Under the pieces are notes generated by a model. That model did no database searches and had not been told where the DNA came from. It saw only the letters and a program-made list of their open reading frames with translations. A stretch of 64,000 bases of DNA from Asterionella formosa (lineage: Eukaryota), in the NCBI GenBank assembly GCA_002256025.1, contig NKIB01002172.1:1-64000 (forward strand), written 5' to 3'. The translations under genes and the position numbers were made by a program. This document shows, piece by piece, positions 1-12,850 of the stretch. Every line of letters begins with the position of its first letter. The stretch's first letter is position 1.

Positions 1-87
1 GTATATTTCGTGTCAAGGAAAAGATTTTTTGTGGATCGCACCACAGGATGAGGCCAGCAAAGGATTGTTGGTACATTTACCGTTGTG

Positions 88-135
88 TACTACCAGGTAC
101 CATGGTACCGGTACCAGGTACCAGGTACCAGGTAG
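88..135. repeat. GGTACC/(ACCAGGT)n palindromic heptamer array
   Basis: tactaccaggtaccatggtaccggtaccaggtaccaggtaccaggtag; the same motif recurs in many intergenic regions of the window. Confidence 0.85.
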
Positions 136-143
136 TTCAATGA

Positions 144-461
144 CAAGACAGCAACATCGCTCAAATTGCGGGAAAAACTAACTAATTCCCAAATGGGAAT
201 CATAATATTTCATTTATATAACTAGTCTAATAGAAATATTTTACTTTTTTTATAATGGTTTTGTCATCCTACGTCACAGTAGATGGGTGGTTGACAGCAT
301 TTAGGATTTCCCAAAAACCGATAGCATCGTTTTTTCGTCAGTTGACCAAAACCAAAACCAATCCCAAAAAAAAGTTTTTGGGTTTTGGTTTGGGTCAACG
401 GTTAGCAACGGCCTTATCCGATATTAAATTGTTTGTTCAAGCAAAATGACCGCAACTTACT
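144..461. mobile_element. Probable terminal fragment of a DNA transposon (subterminal repeat, hairpin, TIR-like end)
   Basis: 144-220 resembles 29168-29240 next to the Harbinger remnant; stem-loop at 341-399 (gttgaccaaaaccaaaacc...ggttttggtttgggtcaac); ends in gcaaaatgaccgcaactt, shared with the motif at 47151, 53405, 58757 and 63400. Confidence 0.55.
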
Positions 462-1249
462 ACCGGTAGTACTCCTCCCGAGGTCAGCAGGACCTGGTAC
501 CTGGTACCTTACATCCTACCCGGTAATCATACCAGGTCTACATACAAGCCTACGTAGACTAACATTATCATATCACAGACAGTGTTGAAATTTATCGGGG
601 TTCTTCCTAGCGCGCTCCAGCACTGCCTTGGAATGACCGGTCAAGATCTTTCTCGTGCCGCTCGTTTGAATATTATTCTGCGATATAAATACTGTCTATT
701 TCCGTTTAGTCATTCCTCAGACTACATCTAGCCTTCGGACACCTGTCGACATCAACAGCCTAACAGACACATTCTGACAAGACAGCGGCGTCTGTCATTG
801 TGAAAATGTACATCATAGAGCAGTACACATAACAATTTTTATGAGCTTTGCCTGGCGGTACTGAGTATTTTGGTGCTCTGATGCTAATGATAAATGTTAA
901 TCATTATTGTGGATTTGTACCATCTTTTTGCTTGCTACACACATTCAATTCCAACAATCAGACCATATCTGGTGGGGGGAAAAGTCCAGGTGAGGGCAGG
1001 CAATGTTGAAAGGCTCCGGTGACTTATGAAGGTGAGTAATTCCAACAAAACTGAAGTGCCCAAGTGATTGCAATGTACTCATTTTTCTTGCTTTCTTCCT
1101 AAGATGTTTCATTAGATGGATTCCTTTTTACTGCAGATGACCTCCAAATAATCAGGCTGATTTGTCACACACAAAAGTAGTGACAGTTACAACAACAACA
1201 ACAACAAAGAATGCAACCAAATCCAAGCATAGACTTCCAGTTATTCCTG

Positions 1250-1960
1250 ATGGCATGAATGATGTAGACTATTGAGAGGGTCAATCTCCAGTGCCAAAGA
1301 GGCATTGTGGCCATTGAGGCATTGTGGCCATTAGTGTGCCAAGATCAACACTGTATGATGCAAAGAAGTGACTGCAGAAATGCTGTGCCAAACTTGTCCT
1401 TGTTCCAATTTCTTAACAACATTTTCAGAAAGAGACAAGCTTCAAGGAATTCTTGATTGCTTCAGAGATAAAAACAATAATAGGTGACAAGGAAGAAAAT
1501 AATTCTTTTTTAAATATGGATTTTACTGGATATTGTATGTGGAAACAGGCTGAGAAATACCCACACTTTCTGATCTGCTCTGGCAAGTTCCTTGCTTTGA
1601 AGCATGGGGTCATACCATTTCTGCATAAAAGACAACCAAAAAGCGTTCCCAGATAGCAATTGAGAAACAGCTTGGATGGCATGGAAACATAATAGAATCT
1701 ATTTGGCAAGAGCAATTCCAACTGAAACATAAAAATGAGGATTTTAGTCTTGTAAAGCCCATTTTTTGTGCAATGTCGATGAGACTGAGAATGGCATGCA
1801 TGATGGCAAACCTTGGGACAATAAAGGTGATTGCAGAATTGTCAATAAGAAAACAAGAAGAGGATATTAATGATTGTTGGGATGAAATTTCAATGGTAAG
1901 AATCAGCAAAGTTCGATCACAGCATGACAAATCTTATCAGTCAGCAACACTGGAATGAGC
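1250..1960 (+). pseudogene. Degenerate pogo/Tc1-mariner-like transposase remnant
   Basis: Translated fragments ISVPRSTLYDAKK (psq-type HTH-like, ~1330-1370) and CNVDET (first DDE Asp context, ~1770-1790), interrupted by stops and frameshifts. Confidence 0.45.
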
Positions 1961-2242
1961 TAGATAGTAGGAGTAGGAATCGAGCCATCAGCATTCCTTG
2001 ATATATCTTTAAGTGAGGGCTAACTATCACTGCCAAAACCTACAATAAAATATGTATTCCATTGTTCTGTAATTTCTGATGCAGTCAGTGAAGGAGCAAA
2101 GAAAAAGATTACATAATGGAGAATCAATATGTTTGAAGGCATCTCTGTATGTCTAGTAACTTTTTCGAAGGAACATTTGATACTCTACCAGTATGAATGA
2201 TTAGATAAAATATACAAGACTTAACAGGAATTCGAATACCCG

Positions 2243-2416
2243 GTACTGTGAAACTGTACCAATTACTACGTTGGTACAGTGAAACTATAGGTTTGCCCTA
2301 CCAGCATTCCCTTCTTCCCCTTGTCTCAATACCCGGTCGGAACATGACATGGTGGCTACAGTGAAATTGTACCTATTACTAAGCTGGTACTATGAAACTG
2401 TAGCTTTGCGCTACCA
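2243..2416. repeat. Diverged direct duplication (~60-bp unit, two copies)
   Basis: gtgaaactgtaccaattactacgttggtacagtgaaactatagg vs gtgaaattgtacctattactaagctggtactatgaaactgtagc. Confidence 0.7.
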
Positions 2417-4164
2417 ATCTAATGTCTATTACTGAGTATTTCTGTGCTGCATTGTTTCCGATCCAGCACTTGCCCACTTTCTAATCCTATAGTTGGCAGA
2501 CCATTATCCCTTTCTGCTTCCTTGTTCTGTTACAGTCACGTTTTTCTTGACAACTTGACATTTGCACACTATCGATAGTGCCATATATCACTTGTTATCT
2601 GGAATGGCAAATGTTCCGAGTGCTACAAGGAATGGAACGATCTTGGTTGTGAAGGGGATACCGATCGCAGATTTTTCAATCAGGAAAACCTGTTTCTATG
2701 GCGTATTTCATGTCTGTTCAAGAGACAATGGAAGAGTAAGGAACGACTCTTACTGGTTAGATACTTTGATCATGATGACAAAGGCAAGGCGAAGAGACTA
2801 GATTACAGTGTCCTGGATTTTGTTCTCAACAAATTCTATGTGGTCCTAGAGTCTGGCTTGTTTAACAAAACATTATTTGAAACTTCAAGGAAATTTTGGA
2901 ATCATATAGGACCAGCCATGATTTTATGGAAAACTCAGCACTTTCCTCGAGATTTTAGACTACATCAGAAAGACAACAATATGCCACTAAATGCACCCAT
3001 GACCTGCATCCAGACTGGCGACCATGTCCAGTTTCAATATTTCCAACTCCTTACTGGATAAATGGGACAAATCACTTTCCTCCTCGACCTGTTCTTTATT
3101 TACTTTCCCAATCACTCCTACAATTTCGGAATTCTTTGGTGACAAGTCATGGAATGCTTCTTCCGGATTGGCAACCATGTCTGGAGTTGCCTTTAATTTA
3201 CATTTTGCTTTGGAAGGGGGAGATTTTATATCAAGTCTATCAGATTCGATAGACTCAATAAGGCGCTCTGAGGAAGTCAATGGGGTTAGGCTGTCCTATA
3301 TATTGCCTCTGATGATGCCGATAAAGAGATTTCTTAAAACAATGGGACAGTACAATGTTATTAAGCAAAGTTACAATTTTTATTTCGAACCCCCTGCTAT
3401 TCAAGGTTCATGTGATGCTACTATTTCCTAAAATGAAATGAAGCTACTTCCTGATTAGTGATGTTGCGGCTCTAATTCTGCAACATACAAATGTGCTCGC
3501 CAATAGCTAGTCAATGAGAATGGAAGACCCATGGCTAACTAAGGCCATGAGCAACAAACTGCGCCGCCGTCTGGTCAATCTTCACTTTGATCCACATCTC
3601 ATCTTGAAGAACAGATTCGAAATACGGATCGATGTTCGCAATGGGCGAATTATGATCAAAAGGTATTATCTTCTTGATTTCGTTTGGAATTGGAATCGGG
3701 TATGGCCTTCAATGCATTGTTCTCCAATTCTGTCATATAAATTGACCAAAGCTTTTGATTTTGAGTAACAAACAAGCAATCAAACTTTGCCAGCATAATA
3801 CCCCATCAATATCGAGACCATATCGTTTGTTATAAGACTGAGATCATCGTCGTCCCCGCAAGAAGGTAGCTCGTAAGGGATTGTTCAACAAACGCACATG
3901 GCTTGTAAGAAATTCGATTACTGAAATGCAAATGGAGAGATAATGACGAATACTCCCGGTACAAGAATTGGATCAAAGCATGTACCGGTAGAGCATTCAA
4001 ATCGGAATGGCAACAAAGAACGCACCGTTGTTGCACAGAATTCATTCTGATAGCATTGTTGGGTACAAGGTGTACATACACGTAAGGTCGTGATCTGTGT
4101 AAAGTCATAACCTTTGCTAAAACAATAATTGATCAAAGAGCAACAGCTATTGATCAATCAAACA

Positions 4165-4530
4165 ACGTATCAATATATCAAAGCATTTGATTAGCATATT
4201 AAATTTGATAACTAATATATATGACTTCTATCTATGCATAACCTGACGTGAGTAAGAAAATAATCTAGCAAACAAATTTGATTGACCACACCAACACGGT
4301 CATTGATATATCAAAATTATCATCAAAATAACAAAACATTTGATTAATATATCAACAATTTTGGTTAACCGATTAGATTTGGTAACTAATATATACGAGT
4401 TCTTATATACGCATAACCTAACATGTGTATGCTACAACCTAACGTAAAAATTTGATTGATTATACAGACACTGCCATTGATCTCTCAAAATTATCATCAA
4501 CATGTCAAAATATTTGAATAATCAATCAGT
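4165..4530. repeat. Diverged AT-rich tandem duplication (~175-bp period)
   Basis: taactaatatata...gcataacct, tttgattga and cattgat(a/c)t(a/c)tcaaaattatcatcaa each occur twice at similar spacing. Confidence 0.65.
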
Positions 4531-5169
4531 TTTTTACTGTATGCTGAGTAAAACGTTAGATCTAATGGAAAATCTATTCACAGACGTTTTAAATAAGACG
4601 AGGATAAGAATTCATTGCATCATGATACATTAACATTATAAGAACAGTACCAATATACACAATGTCGATTACAACATTTAACACCTCCAAAATTGGTTTA
4701 TAGGAATGTTTAATATCAAGGTAAGAATTCTGAAATTTTATTTTTACATTATCATTCATTTCTTATTCTTCACCAACAATCCAACATGTTACAAGTGTTT
4801 CTTCGTTGTCTACATCAGAAAAGCATGAATCGCCCAGGAAATGGTGAGGAGTCATACTAGATAAAAGATATTGCTAACATGATGCACCAGAATGAATGCA
4901 ACTGTGTACATCGTTGTTCGGCTTTTAGAAATGGTCTATGATAATGTAAAATTCTAAAAATTTGTTGTTGCATGTATCATTTATTTTTCATCCCTCACCA
5001 ATAGTAAGCCATTATTAGCCATAAACCTAAACAATACCAAATGGTACAAATCATGAAGTATAATGGAATGTTTGAATCGATTAATTATTCATTTTATAAT
5101 CTGAAAATTCAAAGTATTGCACAACATAAACATGAAAATCCAATTTGGCAGTGAATGATATGAACGAGC

Positions 5170-5709
5170 TCATTTTGCATTCTCTTTCTTATATTTCACG
5201 TCCTCCTTCAATTGCTCCCATCCTTCAAGTTGCAACAATCCTTTTTTAATGTTTGCACCACCTCCATATCCCTTCAGAGTTCCGTCATTGCCAATCACAC
5301 GATGGCAGGGTACAATAATTAACACTGGATTCTTATTGTTAGCCGAACCCACAGCTCGCACAGCTTTTGGGTTTTTTATTTTCATGGCGATGTCCAAATA
5401 GGAATTCGTGGTTCCGTAAGGAATATCTTGTAATGCTTTCCACACATCACGCTGAAAGTTGGTTCCATAATGATGTAGGTCCAATGGTAGATCCTCAAAT
5501 GAATAACGATGACCAGCAAAATATTCGCGAAGTTGGGATTCGGCTTGCATCAAGATGAGGGCGCCGTGTTCCGAAAAGTCTCCTTTTGGCATGTTCTTTG
5601 TCGTGATTGACTCGTTAACGAAATAACAGTTCGTTAGACCCTTGCAAGAGGCGGCAAGAGCCATTGGGCCAAAAGGAGAGGGGTAAATCGAACAAGTTTT
5701 GGCAATCAT
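5170..5709 (-). CDS. MGMT: Methylated-DNA--protein-cysteine S-methyltransferase (Ogt/MGMT)
   Basis: 179 aa, intronless; GTNFQRDVWKALQDIPYG, AVRAVGSANNKNP and the active-site motif PCHRV. Confidence 0.95.
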   Translation of the reverse strand: MIAKTCSIYPSPFGPMALAASCKGLTNCYFVNESITTKNMPKGDFSEHGALILMQAESQLREYFAGHRYSFEDLPLDLHHYGTNFQRDVWKALQDIPYGTTNSYLDIAMKIKNPKAVRAVGSANNKNPVLIIVPCHRVIGNDGTLKGYGGGANIKKGLLQLEGWEQLKEDVKYKKENAK

Positions 5710-6243
5710 TGCAGTTTTGTGTGCAAGTTGAATGTCGTTCTTCTTCCATGATGCTTTTTGTTGTCCTCAACGTCGGCGGCAAGTTCTGTAGAGGTACTAA
5801 ATAATTATTTTCAAGTAGGTCCCGGTACATGTAGCAACTACCCCACCCAGATGCTCTCCCCTGTCACATCACTTGAATTAAATTCAAAAAGTATTTTACA
5901 TCTTCTTTTTAGCACTAGAAAGTTGTTAGCTTTAGTTTACCACATACGTTTTAGTTGGAGCATGAGAGAAGCATTGTTATTACGAGCAGCCATAGCAACC
6001 TCACATATGATGTGAGAATTCATTTCATTGATGTCATCGTGACGCCTACTTCACTACCCAGAAATTTCTATTTCCATCTATGTTGTCTTCATCATTTCCA
6101 TTGTATCGACTATCCTTCCTTGTCATTCATCTTATTCCACTGCCCGGAAAAGCGTATTTCCGTCCATATCTCATAACCATTTGTCTCATTTATTCATTCT
6201 TGCCATACTCATCCCATTATGTATTCTTCTTCAAAAACTGATA

Positions 6244-7812
6244 TTACAGAACCTTCTTTGTCGCCGTTCCTAGCGGTTTTGGATCTTTAAAACTTGAATT
6301 CGGTTTCAGGTACAAGTAAATCACGACCATCCCCACAAATGCCAAATCGAAGAAACCAGCGTACATAAAGGTTTGGACTGTTCCAAACTTGCTTTGCAAC
6401 TTGCCTCCCAAAATAGCACCCACGCTCTGTCCTAGTCCTCCATACATGGCATTTAACAAAAGCAACATGGTCGCCCCCATACCAGGCGGACTAATCCGAT
6501 GAGCGTAAATGGTGCACGTGCTCCAAAAGGCCGCAAAGGTAACTCCCCGGAGTGCTTCGGCAGGTAGTCCATGATACGGGTTCTTCATGAGTGCATAGAT
6601 AAAAAATCTAATGACATAATTCAACAGACTAATGACAATGACTCTGTCGGCTCCCAGTAAGTTGGTCAACGGGCCACTGAACCAAAACATGGGTGCACCA
6701 GCGGCACTACTGACCAATCGAGACAAGCCCATTTCTTTGCCAGTTCCACCCACTTCACGCATGCGAACATAGGCGAAGTTTTCAATAACACCAGAACTAA
6801 CACCAACGACGAAGACCAAAAAGAAGAATAGTACTGCATCTGCATTTTTCAACAGTAGCAACAAGCCCTCTTTGATTCTTGCAGGTTCCTTTGTTTTTAC
6901 AGTTGATGTTTTGCCATTGCTTGTCAGTGAGACACTTGATTCCTTTTCTAGTACTTCAAAGTAACGCATAATGAGGAAGGTAGGAAGCGACAAACTGGCG
7001 TAAGCTAGAAATAGCAATCGGTACCCCGTAAGTGACATCCAAAAGAAATACATCGCTTTCGTGATTTTCGACAAAATGACCGGCATGTTCGGCAATGCCA
7101 AATTTGGTACGGCCGCACCAACATTGCTCCTGTGTAGTAGCTGACCAACACCCCAGCTTCCAATCCCAAACCCAAGTTGTCCCCACAATCTCATTTTACC
7201 ATAAGTGGTCTTGTCGTGTAAATTGTCCAAGACGATTGAATCAATCAAGGACTTCACGGGCGCATTCATGACAGCAGTTAGAAAGACCATTCCGATTAGA
7301 AAATGAATTTCAGGAGACACAGCAACAAGCAGTTGTCCCACAAGGGAAGATAAAAAGGTCATGTACAGGATTCGAAATCTAGAAGTACTCCGATCCGACA
7401 AGATGCCCCAGATGGGAGCAACCAGAAACGTCGTGAGGGGCTTGACGGCCCCCAACATGCCAATCATAAGTCCACCGTGGCCTAACGAATGGTAATAGAC
7501 GGGCAGATAGGGCATGAGTGATCCTAACGATCCGTAGTATGTCAAGAACAGCACTCGAATCAGCATAAGAATCGGTCCATCGGATGATTTTTTTAGCGGA
7601 GCATCCGCCGAGGATTTTGTTACGGAATTTTTGGAGGCACCTCCTCTTGGCACGGACCGCAGAACCATGGCTCGTGGCGGAGGCTTGGCTTGCGGTGCAA
7701 TGCTCGGTATGTATCTGGTTCCAGAGGCAGCTCCTGTGAATGCGAATAGAAGCAACACCACCATCGAGAGACGCCGGCAGTTGCTACTTCGCCCTGCCAT
7801 GTGCGCTTTCAT
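6244..7812 (-). CDS. Major facilitator superfamily transporter, MFSD6-like
   Basis: PYLPVYY, APIWGILSDR, YGKMRLWGQLGFG and multiple hydrophobic helices; first in-frame ATG at 7812 (true start may be a downstream ATG before the hydrophobic leader MVVLLLFAFTGAASG). Confidence 0.88.
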   Translation of the reverse strand: MKAHMAGRSSNCRRLSMVVLLLFAFTGAASGTRYIPSIAPQAKPPPRAMVLRSVPRGGASKNSVTKSSADAPLKKSSDGPILMLIRVLFLTYYGSLGSLMPYLPVYYHSLGHGGLMIGMLGAVKPLTTFLVAPIWGILSDRSTSRFRILYMTFLSSLVGQLLVAVSPEIHFLIGMVFLTAVMNAPVKSLIDSIVLDNLHDKTTYGKMRLWGQLGFGIGSWGVGQLLHRSNVGAAVPNLALPNMPVILSKITKAMYFFWMSLTGYRLLFLAYASLSLPTFLIMRYFEVLEKESSVSLTSNGKTSTVKTKEPARIKEGLLLLLKNADAVLFFFLVFVVGVSSGVIENFAYVRMREVGGTGKEMGLSRLVSSAAGAPMFWFSGPLTNLLGADRVIVISLLNYVIRFFIYALMKNPYHGLPAEALRGVTFAAFWSTCTIYAHRISPPGMGATMLLLLNAMYGGLGQSVGAILGGKLQSKFGTVQTFMYAGFFDLAFVGMVVIYLYLKPNSSFKDPKPLGTATKKVL

Positions 7813-8159
7813 TGAAATAATAATAAGCTGTCCACTTAACTCAAACGTACGGAGATCTGATCTGAACACAAGTAGATTCATCTATACCCAAGCTCACTCA
7901 TTCATCAGATTCTCAGTCGAGCAAGTCGCCACATTCAAAATAAATTTTTAAAGTGATACAGCTATATTCAAATATATACACTGTACATAGCAATAATCCT
8001 TGTCCCTTTAGTTGCTTCCTCGTGGCGGTTACTCATTTGGCGATGAAAAATAGTTGGCTGATACTGCTACGAGTATGTATACTGGTAGTCTACCAGGTAG
8101 AGTGGTACATTGAACATGCTATACCATACCACAGTTGTATTCCACACAGCAGGTCGGAG

Positions 8160-8318
8160 TACTACTTACCGGTACATGATGGTACCTAATGGGTACCAGG
8201 TACCAGGTACCAGGTACCTGGTAACAGCTACCTGGTACTCCAGTTTTTTTTCTGCTTGTGTATCAGGGTACCGGTACCAGGTAAGAAGAGTAACAGGGTA
8301 TCTGGTACCAGTACCAGG
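8160..8318. repeat. GGTACC/ACCWGGT palindromic array abutting an LTR
   Basis: gggtaccaggtaccaggtaccaggtacctggta...gtaccagtaccagg immediately precedes the LTR-initial TG at 8319. Confidence 0.85.
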
Positions 8319-8515
8319 TGAAGTATCTAACTAGAAGTAGTAGTATTTGTTGAATATGTGAGCTTATTTGTTAATCCTTGTGTGTAACTCGTTCTCTAAG
8401 TCGACACCAAAGTATACAATGAGGGTTAGTCGAGTTCTCTCATTATTGAGTTCTGATACATATATGATAGAACACTAACCCTATATACATCTGTATTGAT
8501 GCATAAGATCGCTCA
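8319..8515 (-). repeat. 3' LTR of the degenerate gypsy copy
   Basis: tgaagtatctaactagaagtagtag...gatcgctca followed by ctctcccaca (purine tract on the - strand), as at 53670. Confidence 0.88.
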
Positions 8516-11500
8516 CTCTCCCACACCAAGGGAAAACCTTTTACCTTAAAAAAGGTTTGATGTAATGAATATTAATTCGTTCCGTAGTATGCATAGTTTG
8601 TTGAAAAGTAACTGTACCATTGGCATATACTTGAATAAATAGAATAAGGACCTCCTCCATGGTTATCCAAGGTAGTAGCATTATCCAATAGGATTAAAAC
8701 CTCATCAACAACTTTGTAATCGCAAGAACGACGACGGAAATTATCACGAAGTAGTCATTTGTCAATTATCACTTATTGACATTGATATCCCAATATCAAT
8801 TACATATCTGTAATCAAATCATGTTGGAAAACCCATGTTCCTGGTGAAAATACACAATGTACTATAAATAGTAGCTCGAACTGCATATGATGCAGCAAAC
8901 TGGTATCCATAATAATTCTGAACTTGAAATTCCTTGATTGGAGGATGAGCCTTTAGCATAACTTATACATAGACTGTTACTGATAGATTGATGTAAACGT
9001 TCACGGATAGCATTTGTTTGTGGATTCTTGACTGTAATGGTCCCAATTTTAATTCCATTCAATACTTACATGTGTATGAAAGGAATACCAGTAAATTGAC
9101 CTCCATTGTCATGTATACATCCTTCTGGACGGAGATATCAGTCTAACCAATCATTTTCAGATTTCATCGCAATATATTCTAATGACTTATTATTGATATG
9201 TGAACTGTCTGGTAAATTGGTGACTGTGTTAATTCAAGTTGGAGCATGAAATTCAATCGCTTGTGCAGTCACTGTTATCTTCCATGGACCAATGAAATCT
9301 ACTGTGACTTCTGAGCATTGTAATAACATTGCATTCCTTGGTGGAAGTTCACCAAAACCAAGCATCAGGTAATTTTGTACGTTTTGACATGTTTCATATA
9401 TGCATGCAATATGTTCCACTCTTGCTTTTAATGGAAGATAGTAAAAAAATGTGTAGAAACTGTGGCATTTCATCTTATCATACCCACATGAGCTAACCTC
9501 TGATGATACCAATAAATAATAGGATCCAATAGTGATGCAGGAATAACAATACATCAAGTATCTCCTGGATTCTTCACAAAACATATTAAATATATATGAT
9601 GAAAATTGATAGAGGGAAATTTTAATGGATGTGTTTGTTGATTGAGAATGAGATGAGATGTTTGATTGAGAATCGATTGTATATCCAGCAATTGTCTATC
9701 ATGTATTGAGTTATAATCCAGAGGACATTGAATATTGTCTGCCAAAATCGGATGATTGAGGAAACAGGTAAACAAAGGTTCATCATCTAGTACTTCAATT
9801 GAGAAAGTAGAAATGGATGTTGATGCTGAAGAATTCGGTCCAATATCATCCCCCACCAAAGACTCAAGCCTCGGGAGGCGAGAGATAGAAGTTGTAATAT
9901 TTGACATTAGTATCAGTACCCTTCATATTGTGAAAAGTGAGAAGATATTCTTCATTATAAATCCTCCACCGGAGAACACGTTGAGTTTCTGTGTAGGTTA
10001 ATAAAGATAAAATATGATGATCAGTGTGAACATGTAGAACCGCATTCAATGGCATAGAGTGAAATTCTTTGAAAGTTTCTTAATTGCAAATCAGAAACAT
10101 CAGTAAAAAATATGGAAATGAAAATTACAATCAGGATAACTCATGAGTGTAGTATCTGCAACTAAGAATGCTTTCATTGATGTAAAAGTTTGTTGATGTA
10201 TGCATAGGTAACCATACAAATGGTCTAGTTCCATTTCTATCCTGTTTTAAATTTTGAAGACCAAAATTTGAAGTCGGTTGGAGTTTATCGATATCCCAAT
10301 GAGTCAGTTTCTTTAACAGACCATTTCATATAGAATTGTGCTGGAGGACTTCAGCCATGATAACAGCATCTTTCCGTATCTGTATATTTAGGAGCTTGAA
10401 TGTTCCATGTGTAAACATAATCCTTGATAGGTGTATCAAAATATAACAAACCATTGTGCAAATGTTCTGTGCGTATCATTATAGGAATGCATGACATGCA
10501 GAAAAACACTGATATATCAACCATACAGACAGGACATGGTATTTGTAAATTATCCTTCATAAATAAATCAGCTGGACAAATGAGCAAACTCGCAGAAGGT
10601 CCTAAGACCAGGTACTTCTGTTGCAAGATACAAGCTGACGGATTAAATTTTGGGAGCATCATGCTGAGTACTGGCAAAGGAAGAAAAGATGGGATCATAC
10701 CTGCTATGCATGGTATATATTAATTATAAATGTTCGATTTTACAACGAAATGTCCTGAAGTACAATCCATTCATAAGTTAAAGATCAGGATTCACCGCAA
10801 TCAATTAATATTCATCTTATGTCATGTATATACAACGCAGCCACCAATCCTTGGGTTGTTAATGACATGAGAATGAAATGCAATTAAGCTTATGCATTCT
10901 TAGGCAAAGAAAAAATGAGACCGGAATCAGGCCTTGAGATGTGCATATGGAATGATATATTGAATCTACCTTTGCATTTTAAAATATCCTGCGTTACAAT
11001 AGCAGTGATATCCAACCTGTAATTATCTTGTAAATAACAAAAGTTATTCAGGTAATGATTGACGTAAGACATATTCAATGTGCTGTTGCTCATATATATA
11101 TATATATATATGTATATTATTAAAATCATAGCATTGTTGCTATTCTCGCACATACTTCTGCTAAGGCGATCTGTTCAGCATTCTGCTGGTTTTTTATTAG
11201 GCACATCGGCCACTAACTGACCAACAGGAGGGTTCATGACCACTAAAATTTCCTGGGCAGATTCATAATAGTCGGCAGGTATGGCCCTTGGCACAGTACC
11301 CTAACCAGACATCATCATAGGGTTAACCCATAGATTTGCTTGTATAAAATATGAACGGAAGAAAAAAACATGAATAGATTTAGCTGTGTTAGTATGATAA
11401 TTTGCTCCGCATAGAATTTCTACGCCAGGAGAGGAACAGGAACAGGATTACGAACAGGAACAAGGTTAGTAGTGTTAGTAATGTTAACTCCATGAACCTT

Positions 11501-12574
11501 ATGTTTGACCGTTGTTTCATATCCCATGCGTGGTCGGTTGCATTAAAATGCATGTGCCCTGCCATTGCCACTGAGTACAAAATTATCATGTACAAATTTA
11601 CGCTTGAAATGGTGGTTGTATTCTTGATACATCACAGGACTGCATTTAGCAATGCAAAGACAATCTTTTGTTAAAATTGACACCAGTCACGCTTATTTTC
11701 TTGATGCGTCATGAAATCCTCTTCAACTTTAACTATTTAAATACGATTTTGTGTTAGAAAATTGAAACCAGGCACGCGCGTTCTCTCGACATAACACAAT
11801 TGCCTTCAGCGATGCGAAGTCGATTTCGGCTTATGGTAGAATTCATGTTTGAGGATGTGCTTGAGTTGATCTTTGAATAATTGTTGACTCTCAAAGTAAG
11901 TCAAAACCAAGCGAATCAATTATTTTGTGTTCTTTTCATTATTCCTTTCAAACACTTGTTGCCACGCATTGTCAATCAAGCAAAACGACAATCAACCTCA
12001 AATCTTCCTTGGCGGGAACCTCTTGATCTTCTGGATGAGTTATCACAAGTTTTAGGAAATTCTTTAAGGTCTTGAGACAGGCAGTGACATTCATCAACAG
12101 CACATTGAACGGTTTTATCGAGTTTTATCAGAATTTCCACATCTGCTGATGCTGACTTTCAAAGGAACATGTCATGAGTACAATAATGCTTCAACCACCT
12201 CACCATGATTTTGTAGAAACTTTCAAAGGACTGAGTATCTGGGTGCATTGCAACGCTCATCCATTCAGACAAGACGATATCAATAAGGCATATTCTGTAG
12301 CATATGAGAACAAGCAAGCAATCTGCTGGACTGAAGATACATGTGTTAGCCATGTCACAGGATTTGCTGAAATCAATCAACAAGCTTCCCCTGAGCGTCA
12401 ATTGATCATATCTTTGCTGTAAGACTCCAAATGTCGACCTGGCTTGTAAGGATACACAAAGAGGTTTGAATCTTGATGTTTAGTATGTTGTTATCCTTCA
12501 TCAATGGGACCACTTGAACTTGAGAGGACATCAACATTGGTAATTCTAATTGATCTCTTTTTGAATTCAAAGTG
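8319..12574 (-). mobile_element. Degenerate, truncated Ty3/gypsy LTR retrotransposon (older copy of the 53476-58654 family)
   Basis: LTR 8319-8515 (TG...CA) homologous to the 53476/58460 LTRs; integrase fragments (TVDFIGPW, KNPQTNAIRERLH), RNase H, protease-region and gag fragments (CDMANTCIFSPAD); RT largely deleted; second LTR missing. Confidence 0.88.
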
Positions 12575-12850
12575 TCTTTGTTGTGCTTGGCTTCCTGAAT
12601 CATTGCAAAATAACTCCGCTTTCTACCTTGTGGTTCCGAAATGGTTTTAACAAAAATGTTCCAATCTGGATAGATCGCATCAACCAAGTAATACCTTAGA
12701 TTCTTGTGTTTTTTTCTGTGGTGAGAGCAGGAGTACTTCCAGCTGTTAAATCATGAAAAAACGGCAATGGTCCAAAATATTGTGATCATTGTTAGCACCT
12801 GGCAAATCATGCATGCCAAAACCAAAGTCTAAAATAAATAGCAGCTTCTA
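12575..12850 (-). pseudogene. PIF/Harbinger-type transposase fragment
   Basis: LPGANNDHNILD and YYLVDAIYPDWNIFVKTISEPQGRKRSYFAMIQEA match the DDE region typical of Harbinger/plant-transposon-protein transposases. Confidence 0.75.

Noticed and set aside
2500..4160. Broken ORF fragments on the - strand
   Set aside because: Probably decayed TE or pseudogene sequence, but no motif I can assign
5170..7881. MGMT-MFS as a prokaryotic operon, and the TTG/GTG starts in the ORF track
   Set aside because: Spliceosomal introns and LTR elements show the window is eukaryotic; ATG starts were used instead
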